Shown: positions 1-8,213, numbered from the stretch's first letter. The stretch: 33,989 nucleotides of DNA from Arcobacteraceae bacterium (GCA_050304095.1 JBNLDA010000001.1:1-33989); one strand, 5' to 3'. The notes: generated by a model not told the origin, from the letters alone. Numbers and translations: made by a program.

Positions 1-21
1 TTTAAATTCTCTAAAAAGTAA

Positions 22-50
22 AGTATAAAAACCGATTTGGTTTTTATACT
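22..50 (-). terminator. Perfect 12-bp stem hairpin; rho-independent terminator downstream of the 63..833 gene, possibly bidirectional
   Basis: agtataaaaacc (22-33) pairs perfectly with ggtttttatact (39-50) around a 5-nt loop. On the minus strand the hairpin is followed by a T-rich run (ttacttttta). Confidence 0.7.
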
Positions 51-62
51 CTTAAAAATAAA

Positions 63-833
63 TTATGTTCCTTGGGTATGATCCTCAACATAATGTGTAA
101 TTGCTTCTTTGATATTTTTGAGCTTATTTGGATTTCCTTGTAAGTTTACAAAATATCTTGAAGCATCTTGATTTTCTTCAAATTTAATATCTGCTATTTT
201 TGAGCAAATTTGTAAGAATACATCATAAGGAACATCATCTCCTTTTCGTAAGAAATACAATGCCCTTTGAAGTGATACAAATGGATTTAAACTTACTTTT
301 GAAAGGTGATTGACCCTAGTGTTGATATAGTTTACAAATTCCATTCTCATATCACATTTATCAACTGTAAATAGTCTTTTTTTAGTATTGTAATGACATT
401 CAAAGGCGATCTTTGTGGAATCAAAATCAAAACCATCTACGAGCTGTTGTAAATTCGCTCCATCAAATCTTTCACGATACACTAACTGATAAAGTTCATT
501 TTTGTATCTATAAGTATAAGAATTGTTTTCATACTCAAAGTAATCCTGATTCATGGCATTGTTGATCAATTCTCGATCATTTTTTTCCGGGAAAAAGAGA
601 TCGATATCTCGAAAAGTATCTGTTTTAAGACATGATCCAGCAAGAAAAAATTTGATCTCTTGTTTTTTTATTGGTAAAATAATCAATCTTTGAAAAAAAG
701 TATTCAATTTGATGACGATATTGTCGAGTCTATAATCTAATAATGATGCTTGTTCATAAGACAATAATTCTTCGTAATCTTTCCAAAAATCATGTATCAT
801 ATTTTGTTCTCCATAATTGAAATTGTATAGCAT
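63..833 (-). CDS. Small Pol-beta-fold nucleotidyltransferase-like protein resembling a class II tRNA-NTase/poly(A) polymerase head domain; function unknown
   Basis: LAGSCLKTDTFRDIDLFF matches the G[GS]-x9-13-DxD motif. FDFDSTKIAF resembles the RDFTxNA motif. NPFVSLQRALYFLRKG resembles the DPxRxLRAxRF motif. At 256 aa it is far shorter than true CCA-adding enzymes. Confidence 0.45.
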   Translation of the reverse strand: MLYNFNYGEQNMIHDFWKDYEELLSYEQASLLDYRLDNIVIKLNTFFQRLIILPIKKQEIKFFLAGSCLKTDTFRDIDLFFPEKNDRELINNAMNQDYFEYENNSYTYRYKNELYQLVYRERFDGANLQQLVDGFDFDSTKIAFECHYNTKKRLFTVDKCDMRMEFVNYINTRVNHLSKVSLNPFVSLQRALYFLRKGDDVPYDVFLQICSKIADIKFEENQDASRYFVNLQGNPNKLKNIKEAITHYVEDHTQGT

Positions 834-909
834 TGTAGCATAGTTTTTTAAAATACAAATAGGGTGATTTTACTTATTTTTTTAAAAAAAAAATTATTAC
901 TTTAATGTT

Positions 910-917
910 TGTATAAT
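910..917 (+). promoter_or_regulatory. Candidate -10 element (tgtataat) for the histone-like gene
   Basis: TATAAT at 912-917 is preceded by TG, about 65 nt upstream of the ATG at 984. An AAGGA RBS lies at 973-977. A second tataat sits at 929-934. Confidence 0.3.
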
Positions 918-983
918 CTTCTTTCACCTATAATGGTAATAATTTATTACTATATGTAATAAAATATACACAAAGGAATTGTT

Positions 984-1172
984 ATGGCAAAAGAATTAAA
1001 GAAAAAAGTAGTTGCAAAAGTTGCAAAAAAAGCAGTTAAGAAAGCTGACGTGAAAAAGAAAAAAGCTGCTAAAGTATTAAAAGCAGTTACAAAAGCAGTT
1101 GCAAAAAAAGCTCCAACAAAAGTAAAAGCAGCTAAAAAAATCGCAAAAAAAGCGGTTAAAAAAGCAGCATAA
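984..1172 (+). CDS. Lys/Ala-rich histone-H1-like small basic protein; putative nucleoid or nucleic-acid binding protein
   Basis: The 62-aa protein has 26 Lys and repeated AKKA/VKKA units and is almost free of acidic and aromatic residues. It has a good RBS and is followed immediately by a strong terminator. Confidence 0.7.
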   Translation: MAKELKKKVVAKVAKKAVKKADVKKKKAAKVLKAVTKAVAKKAPTKVKAAKKIAKKAVKKAA

Positions 1173-1180
1173 TCTAAAAT

Positions 1181-1210
1181 ACGATAGAAAATCCTTTCTA
1201 TCGTATTATT
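1181..1210 (+). terminator. Rho-independent terminator of the histone-like gene
   Basis: acgatagaaa (1181-1190), loop atcc, tttctatcgt (1195-1204), then attatt. The 10-bp stem is perfect. Confidence 0.75.
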
Positions 1211-1301
1211 CGTAATAACTTCAAAAAACTTTCTTTCATCATATTATAAAAATATTACATGTATTTAGGTACAATCTATTAACCATACAATGGAGTTATC
1301 A

Positions 1302-2531
1302 ATGTTCAATATACATGATTATAAATTCGATGAACAACACAATTGCTTGTTTATTGGTGGTGAAGCAATGATTTTCCATTGTCATCATTATATTACCAAT
1401 CTTCAAAGAACTATTTTAGATGCTCAGTATTTGGATAGTAATAGATTTTTAATTGGTAGCGCTGCAGATGCAATATACTATCAATTATCTAATTTATGCC
1501 AAGGTTTATCGCTTGATGAATCTAAACAAATGGCACAAGATATCTATAAAATATTTGGTTATGGACTTATTGATCTATCTTGTATAAATGAAAATGGCTG
1601 TGAACTTCGAACAACTAAATCATTTTTTTCCAAAACATGGGAAATGAAATTTGGAAAAGCTGCAAACCCAGTTGATTATTATACGAGTGGTTTTTTAGCA
1701 GCAACGTATGCTGTGTTATATAACAAAGAACTGAAAGATATTGAAGCGACTCAAACTACTTGCATGGCATGTGGCGATGAATATAACACTCATATCATTA
1801 AAGTTGGATCATGCAATTTTGATATCTATCCTCCTAAAAAACCTACACAATTTAAAGAAGTTGAAAAATTAAAAATCGATTGGGAATATGAAGAAAATGT
1901 AACTCAGGCATTTTTAGGTGCTCACGAATTTATGGTTGGAAATGAAGAAGGATTAATCCCTGCATTCGGAGTTTATTTGATAAGAAATCAAAGTGATTAT
2001 GTGAATAGATTGCAATTTGAATTTGTAGATAGAATGAAAAAATTAACGGGTGATTATGGTGTGACTTTAGCTGGTGAATTATTGATGGAAGCAGGACACG
2101 CATGTGGTTTCTTTACTTATGGAGGAATTATGACCTCTAATGAATGGGAACAAAATGTTAAACCATACTTAAAAACGAAAGAAGATTGGATCAAAGGTCT
2201 AGCATCATTAGTAAATACGATGGGATGGGGATACCACACTGCTGTTGAATTATCGGAGCAAAAAGCAATTTTTAGAAATTATAATGATTTTGAAGATTTG
2301 AGTTTTCAAAGAATGTACGGTAAAGCTGATTATCCAGTTCACTGGGCAAACAGTGGTGGATTTACTGGTTTGATGCAATTAATTTATAATACTGATTTAG
2401 TCAATGGTGAAAAAATTGAAACTGAAGAAGGTTTTAGAGAAATGCGACGTTCAAAAGTTAGGTATAAAACTAAAATGACCAAATCAATAGCTTGTGGCGA
2501 TGATTATCTTGAAGTGGAGATTTGGAAATAA
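1302..2531 (+). CDS. Tandem V4R-like (4-vinyl reductase/XylR-N type) putative small-molecule binding protein
   Basis: Both halves end in V4R-like signatures: FGYGLIDL...NPVDYYTSGFLAATYAVL...TTCMACGDEY, and MGWGY...HWANSGGFTGLMQLIY...SIACGDDYLEVEIW. The ORF opens at 1290, but GGAG at 1292-1295 favours the ATG at 1302. The stop lies 3 nt before the kinase start. Confidence 0.5.
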   Translation: MFNIHDYKFDEQHNCLFIGGEAMIFHCHHYITNLQRTILDAQYLDSNRFLIGSAADAIYYQLSNLCQGLSLDESKQMAQDIYKIFGYGLIDLSCINENGCELRTTKSFFSKTWEMKFGKAANPVDYYTSGFLAATYAVLYNKELKDIEATQTTCMACGDEYNTHIIKVGSCNFDIYPPKKPTQFKEVEKLKIDWEYEENVTQAFLGAHEFMVGNEEGLIPAFGVYLIRNQSDYVNRLQFEFVDRMKKLTGDYGVTLAGELLMEAGHACGFFTYGGIMTSNEWEQNVKPYLKTKEDWIKGLASLVNTMGWGYHTAVELSEQKAIFRNYNDFEDLSFQRMYGKADYPVHWANSGGFTGLMQLIYNTDLVNGEKIETEEGFREMRRSKVRYKTKMTKSIACGDDYLEVEIWK

Positions 2532-2534
2532 TTT

Positions 2535-4571
2535 ATGCAAAAAAAACAATTATTAACAATCTATAATAAATTATATGAAATTGGTAAAAGTATCAATGAA
2601 ACTATTACAATAGAAGATTTGTATGATATTGCATGTGATTTTGCGACAAAAGAATTTGAATTAGATAAGGCACTTATTTTTCAACATGATGATAGCAATG
2701 GATGGTTTAAAGTAGTTAATTCTAGAGGTTATAATGATCCAATGGAACAAAGAATCCTTTCAATCATTAATCTGCTTCTTTCTGGTGAAGTGATCGAATA
2801 CCTACGAATAAAAGGGAAACCAATCATTCATACTAGCGAGAAACCAAAACAAGAAGTTCAAGCGTTGGTTAAATCACTCTTTTTAGAAGAAGCCTATTTT
2901 GAACTTTTGGGTGGAGATAAAGATGTTCCATATAGTTTAATGATTGTTGGAAATAGCACACAAAAGAAGAGTATATTTGATGAAGATGCACTTTTATTAG
3001 CTTTGGGTAATTTTACGATACAACTATCAAATTCTATTAATAATTCTTTATTCTATAAAGCATGGAGAAATGAAAGAGAAAAATTAGAAGAAAATATTGC
3101 TAAACGTACAAAACAAATCTCTGAGCAAAATAAATTTTTTGAAGCTATTTACAAAACTTCAAAAGATGGAATTGCTGTTATAGATATTGAAACAACTGCA
3201 TTTTTAGATGTAAACCCAGCTTATTGTGAAATGACAGGATACACTAGAGACGAGTTATTGAGAACTAGTTGTATAAAAATGAGTTTACCTGATGAAATTC
3301 AGAAAAGCCAAAATATGATAATTGAAGTAAAAAAGAATGGCTATGTAAAAAATTTTATTAAACATTGTGTTGGAAAAGCTGGAAATATTATTACTATCAA
3401 TATGTCAATTAATTTGATGGATAAAACAAAAATATTAGTAAGTTCGAAAGATATAACAAAAGAAAAGCAACAAGAAGCATTACTATTAAAACAAAAAGAG
3501 GAATTTCAATCAATATTCGACAATTCTAAAGATGGTATCGCGATTACTGATCTCGAATCGAATTTTTTAGAGTTTAATGATGCTTATGTAGAGATGACTG
3601 GTTATCCTAGAGAAGAATTACTTACGAAATCTTCCGTATCCTTAACAGTTCCAGAAGAACAAAAAAATAGCATCATCGCTTTTCATCAGCTTCAAATGGA
3701 AGGTTTTATTAAAAACCTTGAAAAAACATATATTACCAAAAGCGGAAAAAGAATCAATATAAATATGACAGTTACACTTTTACCAGATAAAAAAAGAGTC
3801 CTGATAATTTCAAAAGATATTACTAATCAAAAAGTTTTTGATGAACAAACAAAACTAGCCTCTATGGGGGAAATGTTGGCAAATATTGCCCATCAATGGC
3901 GACAACCTTTAAGTGTTATTAGTACTTCTATTAGTGGCTTAAGTTTAAAAAGCGATTTACATATTGAATTTCAAGAAGGGGAAGTGCAAGAAATTTCAAA
4001 AGCGATAATGGATCAAACGCAATATTTATCAAAAACGATCGATGATTTTAGAAACTATTTGAAAGGGGAACAAAATTATAGAAATGTAGATTTGCATTCA
4101 GTTGTTTCAGAAGCTCTTTCATTAGTAAATGCCTCATTTGTGAATAATTTTATAGATTTATCTGTATCTATTAATGAAAGTATAAATATCATAGGAAGTA
4201 AAAGTGAACTGCAACAAGCATTGATCAATATCTTTCATAATGCAAAAGATGCATTAAAAGAGAACAATAGTGATGATAGTAGATTTATGCAAATTACGAC
4301 ACATAAAATTGATAATAATACTTTAGAACTTACGATTTTGGATAATGGTGGTGGAATTGATGAAAAAATTATTCCTAATATCTTTGAACCATATTTTACA
4401 ACAAAACATCAAAGTTTGGGTACTGGTTTGGGATTGTCTATGGTTGAAAAGATTATACGTCATAGACATAAACAGAAGATCGAAGTATATAATGAAGAAG
4501 TAATCTATAAAAATAAAAAATATAAAGGTGCATGTTTTAAATTGATATTTGTATCTAATATTAATGAATGA
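2535..4571 (+). CDS. Cytoplasmic GAF-PAS-PAS sensor histidine kinase
   Basis: GAF-like N-terminus. Two PAS repeats: SKDGIAVIDIETTAFLDVNPAYCEMTGYTRDELL and SKDGIAITDLESNFLEFNDAYVEMTGYPREELL. H-box MGEMLANIAHQWRQPL. ATP-lid DNGGGI...FEPYFTTK...GTGLGLSM. No transmembrane segments. Confidence 0.9.
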   Translation: MQKKQLLTIYNKLYEIGKSINETITIEDLYDIACDFATKEFELDKALIFQHDDSNGWFKVVNSRGYNDPMEQRILSIINLLLSGEVIEYLRIKGKPIIHTSEKPKQEVQALVKSLFLEEAYFELLGGDKDVPYSLMIVGNSTQKKSIFDEDALLLALGNFTIQLSNSINNSLFYKAWRNEREKLEENIAKRTKQISEQNKFFEAIYKTSKDGIAVIDIETTAFLDVNPAYCEMTGYTRDELLRTSCIKMSLPDEIQKSQNMIIEVKKNGYVKNFIKHCVGKAGNIITINMSINLMDKTKILVSSKDITKEKQQEALLLKQKEEFQSIFDNSKDGIAITDLESNFLEFNDAYVEMTGYPREELLTKSSVSLTVPEEQKNSIIAFHQLQMEGFIKNLEKTYITKSGKRININMTVTLLPDKKRVLIISKDITNQKVFDEQTKLASMGEMLANIAHQWRQPLSVISTSISGLSLKSDLHIEFQEGEVQEISKAIMDQTQYLSKTIDDFRNYLKGEQNYRNVDLHSVVSEALSLVNASFVNNFIDLSVSINESINIIGSKSELQQALINIFHNAKDALKENNSDDSRFMQITTHKIDNNTLELTILDNGGGIDEKIIPNIFEPYFTTKHQSLGTGLGLSMVEKIIRHRHKQKIEVYNEEVIYKNKKYKGACFKLIFVSNINE

Positions 4572-4580
4572 AATGAGTAT

Positions 4581-5381
4581 ATGATGATTTATGGTACAGC
4601 TTGGAAAAAAGATAAAACTGCTCAATTAGTAGGGTTAGCAATCGATAATGGTTTTAGAGCTATTGATACAGCTTGTCAACCAAAACATTACAATGAAAAG
4701 CAAGTAGGTGAAGGAATTAGTCGAGCAATTGATAAATCAAATTTTGATAGAAATGATCTTTTTCTACAAACAAAATTTACTCCAGTTGATGGGCAAGACC
4801 CAAATAATATACCGTATAACCCTAATGACAATCTAGAAAAGCAAATTTGTGATTCTCTAGAGCTTTCATTGGCAAATCTACAAACAGACTATATAGATTC
4901 TTATTTATTGCATTCACCATTATTCCCTTTTGAAAAAACATTAAAAGCGTGGAGAGTATTAGAAAGTTTTGTTGAAAAAGGATATGTGAAACAAATAGGA
5001 ATTAGTAATTGCTATGATCTGCAATTATTAGTAAAGTTATATGATATAAGCTCTAGAAAGCCAAAAGTATTGCAAAATAGATTTTATGAGCATAGTGATT
5101 ATGATAAAGATTTGAGAAGTTTTTGCAATGCTCATGAGATAAGTTATCAAAGTTTTTGGTCATTGACTGCAAATCCTCAAATTTTGGGTTCTAAAGAAGT
5201 ATATACACTTGCAAAAAAGTATAATAAAACTACGCCTCAAATCTTTTATCGATTTTTAACTCAACTGAATATCACACCACTAAATGGTACCACTTCCACC
5301 CAACATATGAAAGAGGATCTTTCTATAAAAGATTTTGAACTTCAAACACATGAATTGGTGATGATCAACAACTTACTTTGA
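4581..5381 (+). CDS. Aldo/keto reductase family oxidoreductase
   Basis: AKR tetrad context is present: AIDTA, KHYNEKQVG (Tyr), LQTKF (Lys), LLHSP (His). It starts 9 nt after the kinase stop. Confidence 0.85.
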   Translation: MMIYGTAWKKDKTAQLVGLAIDNGFRAIDTACQPKHYNEKQVGEGISRAIDKSNFDRNDLFLQTKFTPVDGQDPNNIPYNPNDNLEKQICDSLELSLANLQTDYIDSYLLHSPLFPFEKTLKAWRVLESFVEKGYVKQIGISNCYDLQLLVKLYDISSRKPKVLQNRFYEHSDYDKDLRSFCNAHEISYQSFWSLTANPQILGSKEVYTLAKKYNKTTPQIFYRFLTQLNITPLNGTTSTQHMKEDLSIKDFELQTHELVMINNLL

Positions 5382-5915
5382 TGTCAGTTGTTGAATAATA
5401 TCTTTTTCTAACTCGCTTGGTTTAGTACTTGGAGCATAACGCTGGATCACTTTACCATTTTTATCAACTAAGAATTTTGTAAAATTCCATTTAATGGTAT
5501 CTATCCCCATAAAACCTTTTGAATTATCTTTTAGATATTGATAAAGGGGATGGGTATTGTCTCCGTTGACATCAATTTTTGAGAACATATCAAATTTTAC
5601 TCCAAAGTTCAGTTGACAAAATGATTTGATCTCTTCTTCAGTTCCAGGTTCTTGTGAAAGAAATTGATTACATGGGAATCCTAATACGGCTAAGCCTTTT
5701 GAAGCGTATTTTTCGTGAAGTTTTTCTAGGCCTTCGTATTGATTAGTAAAACCACATTTACTAGCTACATTGACTATGAGTAGTGCTTTTCCTTTGTATT
5801 TCTCCATGCTAAATTCATTGCCATTGATATCTTTGACTTTTATATCATAAAAATTCATAGTGTTTTCTCCAAAAAGTAGGATAGTTAAGCTTAATAGCGT
5901 AAAAAGAAGTTTCAT
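5373..5915 (-). CDS. Glutathione peroxidase family protein with N-terminal signal-like segment
   Basis: VNVASKCGFTNQYEGLEKLHEKY and LGFPCNQF are GPx motifs with a Cys active site. AGGAG RBS lies 5 nt upstream of the ATG at 5915. Hydrophobic N-terminus MKLLFTLLSLTILLF. Confidence 0.9.
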   Translation of the reverse strand: MKLLFTLLSLTILLFGENTMNFYDIKVKDINGNEFSMEKYKGKALLIVNVASKCGFTNQYEGLEKLHEKYASKGLAVLGFPCNQFLSQEPGTEEEIKSFCQLNFGVKFDMFSKIDVNGDNTHPLYQYLKDNSKGFMGIDTIKWNFTKFLVDKNGKVIQRYAPSTKPSELEKDIIQQLTSK

Positions 5916-5922
5916 TGAGTCT

Positions 5923-5937
5923 CCTAAATTATTTAGG
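5923..5937 (-). promoter_or_regulatory. Perfect 7-1-7 palindrome overlapping the gpx Shine-Dalgarno sequence
   Basis: cctaaat-t-atttagg. On the mRNA strand it reads CCTAAATAATTTAGG, directly fused to the AGGAG RBS. Confidence 0.35.
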
Positions 5938-6002
5938 TTATTGTAACGAATATCGCTAATTTTATACTTATTCTATTTGATTAAGTCGAAAACCAAGCAA
6001 TA

Positions 6003-6051
6003 AAAAAGCCTTACTCAATCAAGCTACAAACTCGATTAAATAAGGCTTTTT
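6003..6051 (-). terminator. Long imperfect hairpin downstream of tRNA-Met
   Basis: Outer 11-bp stem aaaaagcctta / taaggcttttt, plus an inner 7-bp helix with one mismatch. On the minus strand it ends in a T6 run. It starts 3 nt after the tRNA CCA end. Confidence 0.6.
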
Positions 6052-6053
6052 AA

Positions 6054-6130
6054 TGGTGGGTTCTCGGAGACTCGAACTCCGGACCACTCGGTTATGAGCC
6101 GAGTGCTCTAACCAACTGAGCTAAGAACCC
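6054..6130 (-). tRNA. tRNA-Met (anticodon CAT), elongator type, with encoded CCA; lysidine-modified tRNA-Ile2 cannot be excluded
   Basis: The reverse complement is GGGTTCTTAGCTCAGTTGGTTAGAGCACTCGGCTCATAACCGAGTGGTCCGGAGTTCGAGTCTCCGAGAACCCACCA. It folds as a cloverleaf with a 7-bp acceptor stem, anticodon stem CTCGG/CCGAG and loop CTCATAA. It has no initiator features (no 1:72 mismatch, no GGG/CCC anticodon stem). Confidence 0.9.
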
Positions 6131-6242
6131 ACAGTGGTTAATGAGCTGGAATTATATAAGAGTTTTTATTAAAAAAAGCTTTTACTTAAGGAACTCTCAA
6201 TAGAATCATTATATAATTAAATAAATTATATAATGGATTGTT

Positions 6243-7475
6243 TTGCCACTTGTAGAAAATAAAAAATATTGGTATTTGATTGTATTGTTCTTTTTATTTA
6301 TTTTTATAGTAAATATTACTATAAAATTTCAAGAATTTGAAGACTTTAAATCGCTTAAAGTATATGAATTTGATGGATATATTGAAAATATTTACTTTAA
6401 AGATCAATATAATATATTGAAAATTGATTGTAATGATTTTACTATTTTTACCTCAATCAATAAAAAGATCAAAGTTGATCAATTAAATAATGTGAGTGGG
6501 TATTTGCTTACATCAAAAATTTCATTTTTACAATATCTTAAAGGGATGTATGTTCAAAGCTTTGGACTTAATATTGAAAAAGTTCACTCTCAAAAACATA
6601 TTATAAAAGAGAACATAGTAGTACAACACACTGAAAACGATCTAGCTCAACTCTACAATGCCTTATTTATGGCCATACCAATAGATCAAGTATTAAGAGA
6701 TCAATGTGCCATATTGGGTATTTCACATTTAATAGCTTTATCCGGTTTTCATCTAGGATTATTAAGCTCAATATGTTTCTTTCTTTTGTATTATCCTTAT
6801 AGTTTTTTACAACAAAGATATTTTCCTTATCGAAATAGAAAGATTGATTTACTTGTCATCGTTTCTATTATTATGTTTGGATATCTTTATTTTACCAATT
6901 TTGTTCCATCGCTTTTAAGAGCTTTTGTGATGTCTGTTGTAGGGGTTTATTTCTTGCAAGCCAATATCAAATTGCTTTCATATGAAACACTTTTATTCAT
7001 AGTGCTTTTAATACTCTCATTATTTCCAACTTTATTGTTTTCTTTATCATTTTGGTTTTCTGTTTGTGGAGTATTTTATATCTATCTTTTTTTACAATAT
7101 TTTAAAAATATTCCAAAAGTAGGGCAGTTAATACTTTTTAATTTTTGGATCTATTTAGTTATCAATGCAGTGGTGCATTATTTCTTTGATATAACATCAT
7201 TAATGCAATTGTTTTCACCAATTTTATCAATATTGTTTGTAGTGTTTTATCCATTAAATTTATTTTTACATCTTATTCAAGAGGGTGGTTTATTAGATAG
7301 TGTTGTAGGTGTTTTATTTCAAAATAGCTTTGAATCCTATAATTTTATAACACCACTATGGTTTTTTATATTTTATGTTGCAATATCATTTGGAGCAATA
7401 TTTCACAAATATGGCTTTTATTTGCTCAATATTGCTATGATAGGGTTTAATGGGTATGTATATTTACTGCTTTAG
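6243..7475 (+). CDS. comEC: ComEC/Rec2 family competence channel protein; short form with membrane domain only
   Basis: Polytopic membrane protein carrying the competence-domain motif ISHLIALSGFHLGLL. TTG start. Confidence 0.8.
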   Translation: MPLVENKKYWYLIVLFFLFIFIVNITIKFQEFEDFKSLKVYEFDGYIENIYFKDQYNILKIDCNDFTIFTSINKKIKVDQLNNVSGYLLTSKISFLQYLKGMYVQSFGLNIEKVHSQKHIIKENIVVQHTENDLAQLYNALFMAIPIDQVLRDQCAILGISHLIALSGFHLGLLSSICFFLLYYPYSFLQQRYFPYRNRKIDLLVIVSIIMFGYLYFTNFVPSLLRAFVMSVVGVYFLQANIKLLSYETLLFIVLLILSLFPTLLFSLSFWFSVCGVFYIYLFLQYFKNIPKVGQLILFNFWIYLVINAVVHYFFDITSLMQLFSPILSILFVVFYPLNLFLHLIQEGGLLDSVVGVLFQNSFESYNFITPLWFFIFYVAISFGAIFHKYGFYLLNIAMIGFNGYVYLLL

Positions 7476-8204
7476 TAAAGTATTAAGTGTATATCTCATA
7501 TCTTCATCTAGATCAGTCATATTGTCTCGCATCCAGTAAAGATATCCTGGATCAGTTTTTGCGACTTCTTGAGTGGTCTGACCTCTGTATTTTCCAAATC
7601 TAAATGTTTTGACAAAGATTGGAGTAGTGGTTAGTTCAACCAATTTATCCATTACATTACCATCATATTGTTCTTTTGCTTTTTGCACCAATTTTGATAA
7701 AAAAAGTTTCATTACAAGTACATCACCAATAGCATCATGAGCTTTAATAGTGATATTGTGTTTAGATGCTTCTGCAGCTTCATCTTTATAAATATCTAAG
7801 GCATATCGTAAGTATTGAAGTCTATGATAAGGTAAGTCCTCAAAAAGATGTCGAGCACAACGAAGAGTGTCAATCACTTTCATTTGATTTTTAAAACCCT
7901 CTTTTTCAATCATTCCAAGATCAAATTTAATATTGTGAGCTATAAGGTAGTTATCTGGAACATTGAGCTCATTGATTCTTTTGAAAAAGCTTGTTTCAGT
8001 CGCTTTTGGTTTCCCTTCAAGCATATCTGGTGTGATATTATGTACTTCCATTGCCTCAAGTTTGATCTCAATATCAGTTGAACATAGTTCATCAAATACT
8101 TCGATATTTCCTTTTTGTGGAACAACCATAGCACCAAATTGAATAATTCTATCTTCTTCAAGTCCACCAGTTGTTTCTGTGTCAAATAATATGTAATGTG
8201 TCAT
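7464..8204 (-). CDS. DEDDh 3'-5' exonuclease (DnaQ/ExoX-like) with ExoX-like C-terminal domain
   Basis: Exo I motif ILFDTETTG. HNIKFDLGM. Exo III motif AHDAIGD. C-terminal FGKYRGQTTQEVAKTDPGYLYWM motif. Confidence 0.85.
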   Translation of the reverse strand: MTHYILFDTETTGGLEEDRIIQFGAMVVPQKGNIEVFDELCSTDIEIKLEAMEVHNITPDMLEGKPKATETSFFKRINELNVPDNYLIAHNIKFDLGMIEKEGFKNQMKVIDTLRCARHLFEDLPYHRLQYLRYALDIYKDEAAEASKHNITIKAHDAIGDVLVMKLFLSKLVQKAKEQYDGNVMDKLVELTTTPIFVKTFRFGKYRGQTTQEVAKTDPGYLYWMRDNMTDLDEDMRYTLNTLLKQ

Positions 8205-8213
8205 CAGTCTTCC

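Noticed and set aside
63-833. CBASS/CD-NTase-type defence gene
   Set aside because: The GS...DxD motif alone is shared by all Pol-beta NTases. The other motifs look CCA/PAP-like, no effector gene is adjacent inside the window, and the downstream side ends in a terminator.
877-893. T7A10 homopolymer pair in the divergent promoter region upstream of the histone-like gene
   Set aside because: It could bend DNA or vary by slippage, but such A/T tracts are expected by chance in DNA this AT-rich. It lies outside any -35/-10 spacer that I can define.
4323-4625. 100-aa minus-strand ORF spanning the kinase 3' end and the AKR start
   Set aside because: It is antisense to two well-supported genes, has a low-complexity Phe/Ile-rich translation typical of shadow frames in AT-rich DNA, and has no RBS.
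5916-6242. tRNA-Met as an integration site for a genomic island
   Set aside because: There is no integrase, no direct repeat of the tRNA 3' end and no phage or plasmid genes nearby. The flanking genes (gpx, comEC) look like core genes.
7848-8185. ORFs 7848..8081 (+) and 7940..8185 (-) inside the exonuclease gene
   Set aside because: They lie entirely within the DEDDh exonuclease CDS in alternative frames, and their translations have no recognisable motifs. They are shadow ORFs.
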